Below the pieces are notes generated by a model, which saw only the letters and a list, made by a program, of their open reading frames with translations, made no database searches and had not been told where the DNA came from. A DNA stretch of 64,000 bases from Eledone cirrhosa (lineage: Eukaryota), in NCBI GenBank assembly GCA_964016885.1, contig OZ024753.1, positions 1,612,001 through 1,676,000 on the forward strand, written 5' to 3'. The first letter of the stretch is position 1. The number at the start of each line of letters is the position of its first letter. A program made the translations under genes and the position numbers. Shown here piece after piece: positions 1 through 14,397 of the stretch.

Positions 1-521
1 GCAACACTTCAGCCAGCCAGTCCGCTTCCAGAAACCAGTCAACAAACATTACATAACCCTCCATCAAAAATCAGTCCACAGTCATCTAAATAACCGTCCA
101 TCAACATCAATAAAATCCAACTACTTCATTTGTCTAGTTAACCAACTACAAACCAAACAAGGAGTCACTTAATCAAACAACCACTTTCACCCCTTACACT
201 CGCTCCACAAAACCATTTAAACGCCCACATCTGACATCCTCTTACCCAGAATTTTCATGACAAAGCTAATGCATAACAGACAATCTTATTCATTTTCATT
301 AGTACAATTTATTTTATGTATATCAATCACATTACTCAAACATAAATAGCTTAAATGTATGTATTGTCTGTGAATGTGATATGAGGCATGACGTTCTGTG
401 TTTCTGTGTCTCAATGCAGTTGCAATAGCTTCTATGCATACACACACATCACGGAATCATATATTATTTATATATTTCAATATGATTATACATATATAAA
501 TGTATGCATATAATTACATGA

Positions 522-556
<35 letters not shown>

Positions 557-654
557 TATACATTTATATTTATATTGTGCGTATGCATGCTCATACATAA
601 ACAGCCCGTATAAACATATATTTCTTCATATATAAGAACCGTAGAGCAAATATT

Positions 655-786
655 TATTAAAATAACAGATTAAAGTTTAAGCAAAGAATCGCTGCTTTCA
701 CCCTGAACGGGATCTTCTGAAACTAGTTTCAGAAGATCCCGTTAAGGGTGAAAGCAGCGATTCTTTGTTTAAACTTTAATCTGTTA

Positions 787-794
<8 letters not shown>
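655..794. repeat. Near-perfect palindrome with 70-bp arms (family A element)
   Basis: Symmetry centre AACT|AGTT at 724/725, two mismatches, (TA)n on the right flank. Confidence 0.95.
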
Positions 795-840
<46 letters not shown>

Positions 841-1010
841 GTGGTAACTGTAGCACTCATTCAATATGATGAGTTCGGTATAAAGTTAGTTTCACATCAA
901 ATTACAAAACCATACTCGAGGACGTGCATTTGAACCAATGCAGTTGAGAATACTTTGGGCGAAACGCGCGTCCTTCAGTAAGGTTTGCTAATTTGCTGTG
1001 GAACTAACTT

Positions 1011-1048
<38 letters not shown>

Positions 1049-2265
1049 TTTTCTTTTACGAATGCCACAAACGTATATTGATATATGCTTTTAAGAGCTG
1101 CATCTTAAAATTCATTTATCCAATATGTAAAACATATAGCCTGTACAGAAAGGATAACTCGGGTCTAAACACAATGGATAATGTAATGCAATATAGATTA
1201 TCTGCATCCCTAGCTTGCTCTTCAGTATAGGTTTGTTTGTTCGTGGTGACCTGGGCTAAACAACAGCAATAAATACATTAAAAAATTATGCACAATGAAT
1301 CATTTTAACAATAACACCGTTGACTAAACACGCATAACTACGTATACAGCAACACACATAAATATATATATAGATACACATAAACCCGGATACACTTACA
1401 CCCACGTAGAACATCATAAAATAACATACGTACAAACACAAACACACAATCCTACATACATACTCACACACGAGCACTTCATATATAGATATGTGTATGT
1501 ATATATATACATTTATTTATATATGTATGCATATATTTATACGTACAAATTTATATCTATCTACACACAGACATATATATACATACACACACAAATATAT
1601 CTGCACACACACACACATATATATATATACATACACACACACATATATATATATATATATCCATACTTATACATGTAATATTTCTATGCATGTTTGAATG
1701 TTACATAGATAAAAGCACAAATCGAGCCGGAAATAAATGGCGACCCAATGGAATTAATGATTACTGAGCATATTTGTGTTGATCTGTAACAGAAAACAAA
1801 CAGACATGCCATTGACAACATTGATGACGTCAGCAGTCTAACAACTTTTTCTACCTTCAATGTATTTTAAGCTGGGAAGTGTCACCTCATACGAAAGCAA
1901 ATAGTAAATCAGTCGATATAACATCGTGGTAGAGATATTGATGTGATAAACTAATTACTAATTTTGTTGGCAAGGTAAATGAAATTGTATCGAGCTAATT
2001 CCTCGCTACTGGAATTATTATTGTAAATGAAACTTGGGAATTGAAAGATATTTAGGGGCTTTAAACATCAAAAGGGTTATGGTGCCCCCATATTTTGTAG
2101 ATGAAAAACAAAAATCTCTATGAATATTCAAACTTTATTTTGGTATTGAGTACCTTTTTCTCGCGTCAGTCAATAATACGCTGGTATATATATATATATA
2201 TAAATAATAATAAATCTGAAGACTAAAATCCTAAGAGGGCTCGATAAGGATAAATATATATCAAC

Positions 2266-2318
2266 AAGTTTCAGAAGATCCCGTTAAGGGTGAAAGCAGC
2301 GATTCTTTGCTTAAACTT
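2266..2318 (+). ncRNA. Hammerhead-like fold with CAGAAGA (U4A) core, family A
   Basis: AAGUUU CAGAAGA UCCC-guuaa-GGGU GAAA GCAG-cgauucu-UUGC UU AAACUU, with all three stems present. Recurs at 672-724 (-), 725-777 (+) and 61186-61238 (+), and partially at about 51515-51560 and 57170-57280. Confidence 0.6.
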
Positions 2319-2506
2319 TAATCTGTTATTTTAATAAATAAATAAATTATATATATATATATATTATATATAATAAATATACTATTTATAGTTATGTATA
2401 CACTATATACAACTATAAACAGGAAAGGTCAGTAATTTATTACTACCTTATTACCAGTAAGAAAAATAACTCAATGTAAAGATATAAGATGTTTTACAGA
2501 GCAGGA

Positions 2507-4080
2507 ATATAAATTACACAATAATCAAAATTATGTTCAAATCATTTTATTGCTGACAATCGTTTGGGATCATCGGAGTATTAGCAATGTTTGTACATAT
2601 AGTTAACCTCTTATTCAACTGAACAATCATATAGATACATGGATATTAATGCTGTCAACAACAGTTTCGTATTTACAGAGGGGAATGGATGCGACATATA
2701 TTATAAGAGAATTGTACAATAATTAAAATTAAAAAATTAAAAAGCACAGTGGAATGCATGCGACAGATATCACAAGTAGTATAATAATTAAAGAGGCATT
2801 AAGGAGAAAAGTTACTCGTAAAACGAGGACCAGCAGTACATATGCAAGCGTGTAGAAAGTACAAATGCGTTAGGCATATATAGGAAGGAGACAAACAATG
2901 GTAGTAGGCATATATAATTACTGTATGGCAAAGGTATCACATAAAATAACATTTACAAGCATATCAAGCAGACAAAGGTGTTTGTGTATTAAAATTACGA
3001 GTTTATGGCGGATGTAGTGTGATGATTGTTCCTGTAATGTTCAAATGTGTATGTGTTGAGAGTATCAATGTTATTGCTATCTTTTCCATTACATTGGTTA
3101 AATTTTATTTGAGTGAATGTTTTTACTTAGTTACAGCTATGGATTGTATATTGGTCCTATTATATTGTTATCCTTGGTTCGAGTTGTTCTATAACGATTC
3201 TTCTAACGGTTTAATTTCCGGAAGTGAGTTTGAGATCTATATTAAGGGGAGCTAATGCGAAAGGGGAGGTAACTAGCGATTAAATTGTATATGAAAGTAA
3301 AAAGAAGAAAAAAATGGAAAAAAATGTACAGTTGTTTACAGTTTCAATTAGTTAAATTCTTTGTGCTAACATACATTATATTGTGTTACGAGTGAATCCC
3401 TTTTATATAATGTTATTTATATTTAATTTTAAATACAGTCTATTTTCCTATAATACATTAAAGGTCTCATTATATTGTTAGAAACAATTATATTGTTATC
3501 TAGCCATTGCTGAATAAAGTATAAGTAAGCTATAGAAAAAATGTATAGTTGTTTACAGGTCCAATTAGTTAAATCTCTTGTCTTATTAATATACATTACA
3601 TTATGTTATAAGTGAATCCCTTATATATATAATGTTATTAATTTATATATTTAATTATAAATATAATTTATTTTCCTATAATACATTAAATGTCTCATCA
3701 TATTATTATCTATCCATTACCGAATATAATATAAGTAAGTTATAGTAGTTATATTACGAGTAACTTTTCTCCTTAATGCCTCTTTAATTATTATACTACT
3801 CCCTTGTGATATCTGTTGCATGGATACCACTCGGTGCTTTTTAATTTTAATTATTGTACAATTCTCTTATAATATATGTTGCATCCATTCTACTCTTTAA
3901 ATACGAAACTGTTGTTGACAGCATTAATATCCATGTATCTACATGATTGTTCAGTTGAATAGGAGGTTAACTATATGTACAAACATTGCTAGTGCTCCGA
4001 TGATCCCAAACGAAGGTTTGGAAGAAACGATTGTCAGCAATAAAATGATTTGAACATAACTTTGATTGTGTAATTTATAT
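2507..4080. repeat. Long inverted repeat (about 2507-2821 vs 3754-4080) with an internal tandem duplication of about 220 bp (3318-3745)
   Basis: The arms are reverse complements with small indels. The right arm carries an HHR, and the left arm has that HHR's stem II/GAAA deleted. Confidence 0.9.
3993..4039 (+). ncRNA. Minimal type I hammerhead ribozyme with CCGAUGA (U4C) core
   Basis: UGCU CCGAUGA UCCCAAAC-gaag-GUUUGGAA GAAA C-GAUU-G UC AGCA, followed immediately by AATAAA. Confidence 0.7.
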
Positions 4081-4171
4081 AAATATATATATATTTGCGA
4101 TAGTATTAACAATTGAAAAGGCCTATGGAAACATTTGTACTCGGTCCGATTTGATGAGGTCTGGGATCTTG

Positions 4172-4212
<41 letters not shown>

Positions 4213-4280
4213 CAAGGAAACAACAGAGGTACAAAGAGTCTTATTAGTTTCACGCTTTATATAGAAAAGTGGAAAGTAAG

Positions 4281-4324
<44 letters not shown>

Positions 4325-4964
4325 CCGGTTTTAAGCACATGCTTATTTTAATGATTAATCCAAGGGTGGGATAATTCGGCGGTGCAAGGGAGTCTTGTTG
4401 AGAGTTTACTGTTTTATATTTCATATGATATCTTGGAGAGGGATAGGCTCCGCCTGGTATCAAATACGCAAGGTACGCCGTGTCTCAGGGTGACTCCACC
4501 AGGAGTTAAGGGTCCTTTACCTTTACATTTACTGTGTTTGTAGAAATGAGACTAAAAGCTAACATTTTGAAGAGTAGAACATTGAGATTGACTGAATTTC
4601 AGAATATTTCCGCAGTGACAATAGTTAGGGAGAGGAGAGTTTCAGCAATGTTTCGTTGGATTCTCCTTGATTAAACTACAAGGAACTACATATATATATT
4701 AATATAAAACAACAATGAAGCGTATGATAGCTTTACCAAAAGCGCACATACACATACGTCTCCGAATGTAGTATTCCAACTCAAGGAAAAACGGGGAAAC
4801 ACTAAAACAACCAAAATACTTGTGGAACACCAAAATGTGGTAAGCCTTTGAATTGTGGAGGCGCATAGGCGCATTTCATGGGAAGCAGAGTTATTTGAAC
4901 TCATGAAAACACGTTTACACATACCTCAGCAGGTAACGGATTTACCAAGTTAAGAATAATTAAC

Positions 4965-5001
4965 AGTCTGAAGAAGGATTATAGATCCGAAAGCGCTCAC
5001 T
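4965..5001 (+). ncRNA. Minimal type I hammerhead ribozyme
   Basis: AGU CUGAAGA A GGAU-uauag-AUCC GAAA GCGC UC ACU. The palindromic AGCGCU stem III region is typical of dimer-requiring minimal HHRs. Confidence 0.7.
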
Positions 5002-6166
5002 TATAACAAGCCCAGCAACACGGCTCGGAGCCTGCAGTCACGTGTGCTTTCACAGTAATTCAACTTATTCTGAGTTTTAGTAATATTACCGGATTTTATT
5101 CATCCACCATCACATCCTATCTTATCCTAATTTTCAATTTCCACTTCCATTCCACCTACACAAATATATATCTTTACTTAAACGAACAATAAAACTTAAA
5201 ACGTGAACCATTTTAAAATAATTCTTGTAGTTTATTTTGCTTTGTTTCCTTTCAGCTCATTTCAGTCCACCATGCCTACCTCTCACCTATGTTCCTCTTA
5301 CTTCAATCCTACACCATCTCATCTCATTCTCCTTTTTTGCTTACATAACGTTGCCTTGAAGCGTAAGCAACTATAATCCCTAAAAAACCCACTGTGTGTG
5401 TGCTTGTGTGTGTGTGTGCGTGTGTCTCTCTCTCTGTGCCTGTGAGTAGCTGTGTCTCTCAACAATATTTATCTCTACTCGAAAATTCTACCGAAAAACT
5501 ATAGAAAAAACACATGAAAACAAAAACTAATAATACATTAGAATTATACGGCAGCTGTTATTTTGGTGAAATGATCTTGATTAGCATATATTGCATTTTC
5601 TGTTAAAAGACAATAAGAGGAAAAGAAATTCTTAGCAAAAAAGCAATACCGCCGAAATAAGGTGTGATTAAATAGTTAAAGATACATTATTGTTCCATAT
5701 TAGATGTTTTCATGTCTCTCTGCTAATATTCATGGATTCAAAACTACAGTGGTGAGCGGGTTGAAACAAGAAAAATGATGAAACGTCGGACAGAATAGTT
5801 TCCAATAACAGTGGAACGAGAAAACACCAAAGCCTTGTTTTCTCTCTTTACATTATGAGTTCTAATCACCCGGCCATATATATTGCTTTCTAATGGTTTC
5901 TATTATATCGATCCTGGTATTTAGATCACACTTTAATTTATCGACTCTGGAAATCTTGAAAAGCAAAGTTGAGATTTGATAATAATGATTTCTACTTAAG
6001 GCAGAAAGTCAGCTGAAAGAAGGGGGTGTTTAAGCTCTGCCAATATCTACCCCTGTATTTTCTCCCTTCCATATTCCTTGGCATGGCAATTTAAAGGATA
6101 AAGGATTTTGATAACTGGGCAAATACATGGTAATTCTATGAAAGCTATCTATCTATATATATATAA

Positions 6167-6208
<42 letters not shown>

Positions 6209-6210
6209 GC

Positions 6211-6244
<34 letters not shown>

Positions 6245-6360
6245 ACATCTCTACATATATAAGTGTGTATCAGGCAAAATACAAACCTAAAAAAAGATGT
6301 TAATGTTATTAATGATGAGATGATGACAATGATCATAAAAATGATGAGAAATCTGATGAA

Positions 6361-6397
<37 letters not shown>

Positions 6398-6758
6398 ATT
6401 CTATCTCATAATACAAATCAATGTTGCAGCTATTCGGTGCATAAACAAAGCGTACGACATCGTAAACAAGTTTAAAGAAATCATTTTAATACTGATATAT
6501 ATATATATGTATATATGTATATATATATGTATCTATGTATATATATGTGTGTGTGTGTAATGATTTATACTATAAGCACAAGGCCAGTAATTTGTGGGGA
6601 GGGGACTGGTACTTTATTTTATCGACCCCGTAAGGATGAAAAGCAAAGCTAACCTGGGAGGGTTTTGAACTCAAAACGTAAACTGACATAACTCTATGCT
6701 ACGAAGCATGGTGTTTGATGCTTTACCGATATCGCCAACCAGCCGCCCTTTATTTATT

Positions 6759-6834
<76 letters not shown>

Positions 6835-7072
6835 GAGAATAATTAATCTTTCCAGCTCTGCGTTTCCAGAGTTCAAATCCCGCCGTGGCCAATCTTACCG
6901 TTTATTATTTTGGGATCTTTAAAAAAAGATACACGTCCAGTATTGGTATCGATTCTTCTATATAACATTTCCACTTACTCTTTTGGAAAGGGATCAACAG
7001 GATTACAGCCCCGAAGACACTTTCCGAATGAAACGACGGCGTCCAAACGATTCCATCTGGAGTTGCGAGTCC

Positions 7073-7128
<56 letters not shown>

Positions 7129-7648
7129 TATGGAATGTATACATATGTGCGTGATTATATCTATATGTATGTGTGAATGTTTGTATGTAGGGAGGTATGT
7201 ATGTGAGTAAGTATGAGGGTATTTTCACCACCCTTCCAAACCAACAACAACATATCTCTCTCTCAACAAAAATGTAAACACTCATTAACTTTATTCTTAT
7301 TTCTTCAGTCGTAAAATAAAAGGCGATCAATAGATAGCGAAATCAGGGTTCAATTAAAGACAGTTAGTTTACTACATTGAAGGAAATTCAGATAAATACT
7401 CACTGTCTGAAAAACGAATGGAAGGAATCTTGTTTACAAAACACGTGTTTACTATACTATCAGGAAGAAAAAGAAAAACCTCATCAATTGGCTTTCAGTA
7501 AAGGACTGTTTAACATCTACAACAACTTTATTCTAAATATACTCCGTCATTCATATTTGGAAGAGGCAACCTGACGTTGAGTGCTCGATTTGAATTGCAT
7601 CAATATTTACCCTAAGTAATATTTATTCTAAGCAATATTTACCCGAAG

Positions 7649-7680
<32 letters not shown>

Positions 7681-7859
7681 GCTCAATGCCATGATAATTG
7701 AATCAAGCATAGCCAATATATAAATGCTAACAGCAGATTGTTGAATAAAATAATTTACACTTAAATGTACATTCTCATTAGAAGAAACAATTGTCAGTAA
7801 TTAAATATCTTAACCTTTTAAAATTGGTTAGTAACCACATTACAATTATATACATATAT

Positions 7860-9110
7860 TATATACATTATGTGTATTATATATATATATATATATATAC
7901 ATACATATATATATATACACATACATATATATATATATATACACACATACATATATATATATACACACATACATATATATATATATACACACATATATAT
8001 ACACACACATATATATACACACATACATATATATATATATACACACACATATATATATATACACATACATATATGCACACATACATATATATATACACAC
8101 ATATATATACACACATATATATATACACATATATATATACACATATTTATATATATACACATACATATTTATATATATATACATACATATTTATATATAT
8201 ATATACATATTTATATATATATACATACATATTTATATATATATACATACATATTTATATATATATACACATATATACATATTTATATATATATACACAT
8301 ACATACATATTTATATATATATACACATACATATTTATATATATATACACATATATACATATATATATATACACATATATACATATTTATATATATATAC
8401 ACATATATACATATTTATATATATATACACATATATACATATTTATATATATATACACATATATACATATTTATATATATATACACATATATACATATTT
8501 ATATATATATACACATATTTATATATATATACACATACATATTTATATATATATACACATACATATTTATATATATATACACATACATATTTATATATAT
8601 ATACACATACATATTTATATATATATACACATACATACATATTTATATATATATACACATATATACATATTTATATATATATACACATACATATTTATAT
8701 ATATATACACATACATACATATATATATATACACATACATATTTATATATATATACACATACATATTTATATATATATACACATACATATTTATATATAT
8801 ATACACATACATATTTATATATATATACACATACATATTTATATATATATACACATACATATTTATATATATATACACATACATATTTATATATATATAC
8901 ACATACATACATATATATATACACACATACATATTTATATATATATACACACATACATATTTATATATATATACACACATACATACATATATATACACAC
9001 ATACATATATATATATATATACACACATATATGTACGTATGTGTATATATATATATATGTGCATATATTATGTATATTATATACGTATATATATATGTTA
9101 TTTATATATA
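7860..9110. repeat. TA/CA-derived minisatellite
   Basis: Units such as ACACATACATATTTATATATATAT. Confidence 0.95.
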
Positions 9111-9447
9111 TAAGGGGAGACAGAACGATGGAGAGTTAGAGAGGAAGTCAATAAATTACCAAATAATCATATTTTCCATATTTTTCTATTTTAAGAAGTA
9201 ACTAACATTCTCCCTTCTATAATCTCAAACAGCAACATAATTAGAAGAAAGAGAAATACGACACACACATATGCGCACACACATATATACACACACACAT
9301 TAACACACGCACACACATATATATATATACACACACACACATGAACACAGAGTCATGTTTCTGCATTAGAAACCGACTCTTCTTTCTCTCTCTATTAATG
9401 AGAATTTAGAAAAATATAAAATCAGAACATACAAACATATATATACA

Positions 9448-9481
<34 letters not shown>

Positions 9482-9711
9482 CATACATACGTACATACAC
9501 ACAGGCATACATATACACATACGTGTATATATACATATATACATACAGACAGACAGACATAAATGCAGGTATACAAGCACATATTTACATACATGCAAAT
9601 ACACATAGGCATACATATATATATATACATACATATATACATACGTGCATACAGACAGGCATACATATATATATATATATACATACATACATACGTGCAT
9701 ACAGACATAGG

Positions 9712-9759
<48 letters not shown>

Positions 9760-9789
9760 TACATATATACATACGTGCATACAGACAGG

Positions 9790-9833
<44 letters not shown>

Positions 9834-11194
9834 CGTACATACAGATATAGGCATACATATATATATATATACATATATACATACGTACATACAGACATAG
9901 GCATACATATATATATATATACACATACATATATACATACGTGCACTCGGATATGTTTGTTTTAATATCAAGGTTTTTGAAGATATCAAGATATCCCTTA
10001 TCGTTCCATCCTATAATGAAGTCAGTTTGGAAGGAAAATCTGTGTTTATATGTTAAATCTGCTCCCCTGACATCACTTAATAGCGATGTATAGCGTACGA
10101 TAAGTTGTCATATAAACTAGAAAAATCCAATCAGAATTTTCAGGATAACCATCAAATTTCTTATAGCCTGAAGAAGGACGATGGAATGGGAAAGTCATTA
10201 GAGCATCCGGACAAATACTTAATTCTATTTGTTCCTGCTATTTACTTTCTGAGTTCAGGTTTAGCTTGGCGGGTTTTGAACTCAGAACTCAGGGAACCGA
10301 AACGAAGAATACCACAAAACATTTTATCCAACTATCTAACGCCCTATAATATGTCGATACCCGAATAAAAACAATAACAATAAAATAATAAAAACAAATA
10401 AAAATAAAAGCAATTCGAGACATACATGTATCAAAATATCTCAAAACAAAATATAAACAGAGAAATTATAAAGATAATATTTATTTTATCAAACATTATT
10501 AGGCATCCTTTATTCCAGTGAGTATTCGCAATATAATTTTTCTGTTTCTATGTGTGTAGAAAAGTTTAACTGGCAAATACCGACATTCCTAAACTGATTT
10601 TTTTTCTTACATCTAAAATATAGCAAATATTGTCAACTAGCAAATATTTGTCTAAAATATTTCTGTTACGTTTTGAAGACGATCTGAACACAAACATAGA
10701 GACAGGTACACAAACACACACATGTACACACAGATACACACACCTCGTCAAACATTTATTAGTTGTTTCTCAATGCCTGTAGAAGTTGCAAAGCACAGTC
10801 CATAACTGCAATGTACATGATAATTTATCCTCACACTATCTATCTATCTATCTATCTTTCTATCTGAACCACACCCTTTACTAATTTTTCTATTTCTAAG
10901 ATGAATTCCATTGAATTCCTGACCTGTTGAACCCCACCTACACCTTCATATCTACCCCTTCATAAAGAACATATATATAAGAAGCAATTTTGATAGAAAA
11001 CTTACATATTCGAACTGCTCACAGAATACATGAAAAAACATTTTTTTAACGATTTAGTATTTGATAAGATTGCTATACCAATCAAAACCGGTTATATTTA
11101 ATACAACAATTATAAAATTATTCATTCTGATGGTTTAAAGAAAAAATAATCTGTAAATATACTTCTGTGAATTTTCACCTTCACTATATATATA

Positions 11195-11335
11195 TAAAAT
11201 ATAATATAATGTGGAAAGTGATATAAGCCTAAACATTGCAAAATGGACGATAAGATGAGGGTAAGGAAAAATGTGGTTACATTTTACATTGTTTAAACTT
11301 ATATCACTTTCCAAATTATATAATATATTATATAC
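11195..11335. repeat. Short MITE-like inverted repeat
   Basis: GGAAAGTGATATAAG..AAACA vs TGTTT..CTTATATCACTTTCC. Confidence 0.7.
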
Positions 11336-12029
11336 AATGTTTCAAGCAAACTACATTTTATTATAGAGAAAAAGTTATATATATATATCATATATATATT
11401 ATAGAGAAAAAGTTATATATATATATCATATATATATTAGAGAGAGAAAGTTATAGATATATATCATATATATATTATAGAGAGAAAGTTATAGATATAT
11501 ATAACTTTCTCTCAATCTCACCATATGAATGTACATCGCATCTTACACAACTCTTTATTTCGCCGTACATGACAAACCTACACTAAATACTTCAATACTT
11601 CTTACCTTCACTCAGATTATATTCCACCGGTACTCAATGTCTGCCGTAGTTTGCAGATATTCAAGATGTTTATTGACCGCTACATCTTCCACGACTAAAT
11701 GGTAAAGAGCAATTTTATTGTTTTTTGATAAGCATATAGTGATACAAGTTGTATTCACGTAAATTACCCTGCACTTACACGATATTACATGGCTGGCATC
11801 GTGTTTTGAAGAAAGTTTCATTGAATTAACTCTTTGCAGTACATGGAAATGTTACTGTAAAGTCATAATGTATTTCTAATGGAAGATATAAAAGACATTT
11901 ATGAAATGTCACAGTGCATTCAACATATCAAACAGAAACAATTGTTCAGAATATAACAGAACAAATGTTGAAATATAATAGAGTAACTAGAATGATTCAG
12001 AGAGAAGCAAGCTTCAGATGTGTAGCAAT

Positions 12030-12480
12030 AATGGTTTCTGAATTAGGAACATGACAAACAATTTTGGCGGAGGGGAAAGTCGATCAAATCGACCCCAGTG
12101 CGTTAATGGTACTTTATTTTATCGACCTCATAAGGATAAAAGGCGAGGCTAACCACGGCGGGATTTGAACTCAGAAAGTAAAGGGCCAGAACTAATGCTG
12201 CAATAACATTTTATCCGACGCTCTACCAATTCTTCCATACATTACCCAAATTTAGATGTATAAATAATAATGGTTTCTTATCATGGCACAAGGCCAGTAA
12301 TTTGAGGGGAGGGGAAAGTCGATTAAATCGACCCCAGTGCGTGACTGGTACTTTATTTTATCGTCCACGTGAGGATGAAAGGCAAAGTTAACCTCGGCTG
12401 GATTTGAACTCAGATCATAAAGGGCCGTAACTCTATGCGGAAAAGCATGGTGTCCGACCCTCTACCGATTCTGCCAATAA
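12030..12480 (-). mobile_element. Two tandem SINE family 1 copies
   Basis: Both carry the reverse-complement core and GGATTTGAACTC. Further minus-strand copies at 6570-6750, 16697-16882, 42270-42395, 50100-50470, 52335-52538, 52660-52740 and 56312-56496. Confidence 0.85.
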
Positions 12481-12584
12481 TAATGATGATTTCTAGTATA
12501 AGCACAAGACCAGAGATGTTACCGAAATGTCTGCCCCTTGCTATATACTAAATATCTTCTCTGATGCATTTCAGTGCAGCCTCC

Positions 12585-13010
12585 ACTTCTTCATCTTATT
12601 ATTATTATTTCTGAGAGGGGGGAAGTCCTGAAACACTCCTAGCAGGTCCTGTCAGAAGCAACCGTCTCCAACCGATTGGGTTGGATCCCCAAGCGAAGCC
12701 TGCCAAGTTCATGGATGTTATCCAACCATCTTGCTAAGGGTCTACTCCTGGGTTTGCTACCTGTTGGTTTTTGCCAGTAAAATTTGTCCTGAGACATTCT
12801 AACTACATGCCGCCAATAGTATCGGAGCTGTGATCTTTCAATTCAGAGAAGTAGCGGCTATACCTGCAGTGACTCTCTGATCTCCAAGCTACGCACTCTA
12901 TCAGGTAACGGTTACTCCAAAGATACTTCGGAGGAACCCTATTTCGGCCGCTTGTAATTGTGATCGTATTCTGTTGGTCCATGAATAGCGAATTGAAGAT
13001 AGCGAGTTTG
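12585..13010 (-). mobile_element. RTE-clade LINE 3' fragment (same family as 14142)
   Basis: The reverse complement matches the GRP..RWLDNIH..ASDRTC region, with upstream QLQAAEIGFLR-like sequence. Confidence 0.8.
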
Positions 13011-13669
13011 GATTTTTACACCTGCCTCATTTCTTCTGATTACAACCCCCACCACAAACTAGAATGTCAACAGCTTGAGCAACTCTGAACTTTCTTCCAA
13101 GCTCATATGTTTTCTGTCAATGTTGATTGCTCTGTAATTATGGAATATTAGATATCTACTTCCATTTTTTACTTCTTTGCTGTATCTCTGATATCTTTAT
13201 ATTTACACACTCTCACACACACATATATATATATACACACACACACAGAATGAGCGAGTGTGAGAGAGAGAGAAAGAAATACATAGATCTAGAGAAAGTT
13301 ATTTACTACATCGTACTGGATTGCTTTTCATTATAAAGTTCTAAGTCTTCCTGTTCAATGTAGTTTCATTCGAATTCCAAATAATAGCAGGCGTCTGAAT
13401 AATCTTCTGCTAAATTACAGTCTTAGAAACTTGCATAAATTTAGCATATAAAAGCTTGCCTCTAAGAAATTTTATAGTTATAGTCAACAGTATAGCGTTC
13501 AATCACTTAAAATAATTGCTGATCGTACAGAGATTTGACACTGGACCTAGCAAAATTACAGGCCTACTGTATAACTAGATCTTACATAATTTTAGTATGT
13601 CATATAAAGAAAATAACAGGAATTTCATGATGGAGGTAGTGATTATGGCGATGGTGATAATCCTAAAAC

Positions 13670-13744
<75 letters not shown>

Positions 13745-14141
13745 TATAATATAAATAATATATATATATATATATATATATAAATAATAAATTATATATA
13801 TATATTATTTATATATAAGGAAGCAAGAAAGTGGAGCGTGATTATTAGGGAAAGCTGGGTTTCTCTATATAGATAAATGAATCTGACTGGTATAGCTACA
13901 ATAGTCAATCAGTTTCCTGTAATTCAAATTCCCGTCTGCTATGAATAGAAGGCTTTGAATGCATATGTATGATGTATGCATAAGGAGTCAGAGAGACAGT
14001 TCACACACGCACACATATATAAAGATATAAAGGCACATGGCTTAGTGGTTGGATCGTTGTGCTTGCAATCGTGAGATTGTGGGTCCGATTTCCGGAAAAT
14101 CTCTCAACATCTCTTTGCCGGACACTTAGCATATGGTTTGA

Positions 14142-14397
14142 ATGTTAAGATATTCTAACCACATGCCCATGGACAGAATTGCTGGGCAGAGTTTACAAGC
14201 AAAACCAATCGGCAGGAGACCCAAAGGTAGACCCCGAGTAAGATGGTTGGATAACATCCATAAGCTCGGCTGGTCTCTTTTGGGGACTCAGCCGGATCAG
14301 TTGGAAACGTTTGCTTCTGACAGGACCTGCTGGAAGGAGTGTTTGAGGACTCTGCCTCCACGACCCTCTCAGGAATAAATGAGCGAAGAAGAAGAAT
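14142..14397 (+). mobile_element. RTE-clade LINE 3' end
   Basis: GRRPKGRPRVRWLDNI...ASDRTCWKECL motif and (GAA)n tail. Confidence 0.85.

Noticed and set aside
1684-1783. Strong minus-strand acceptor (ttttctgttacag) as GPCR exon 2
   Set aside because: The in-phase translation (R)STQICSVII... lacks the expected Y-x-A-I-x-x-P and stops after about 32 codons.
7791-9201. Long YI/HT-rich ORFs (also 24519-27096, 14834-15488 and others)
   Set aside because: Translations of TA/CA microsatellites that lack stops by construction.
11606-11854. Minus-strand exon candidate for the GPCR (AG...GTAAG)
   Set aside because: Stops in all three frames and no TM4-7 motifs.
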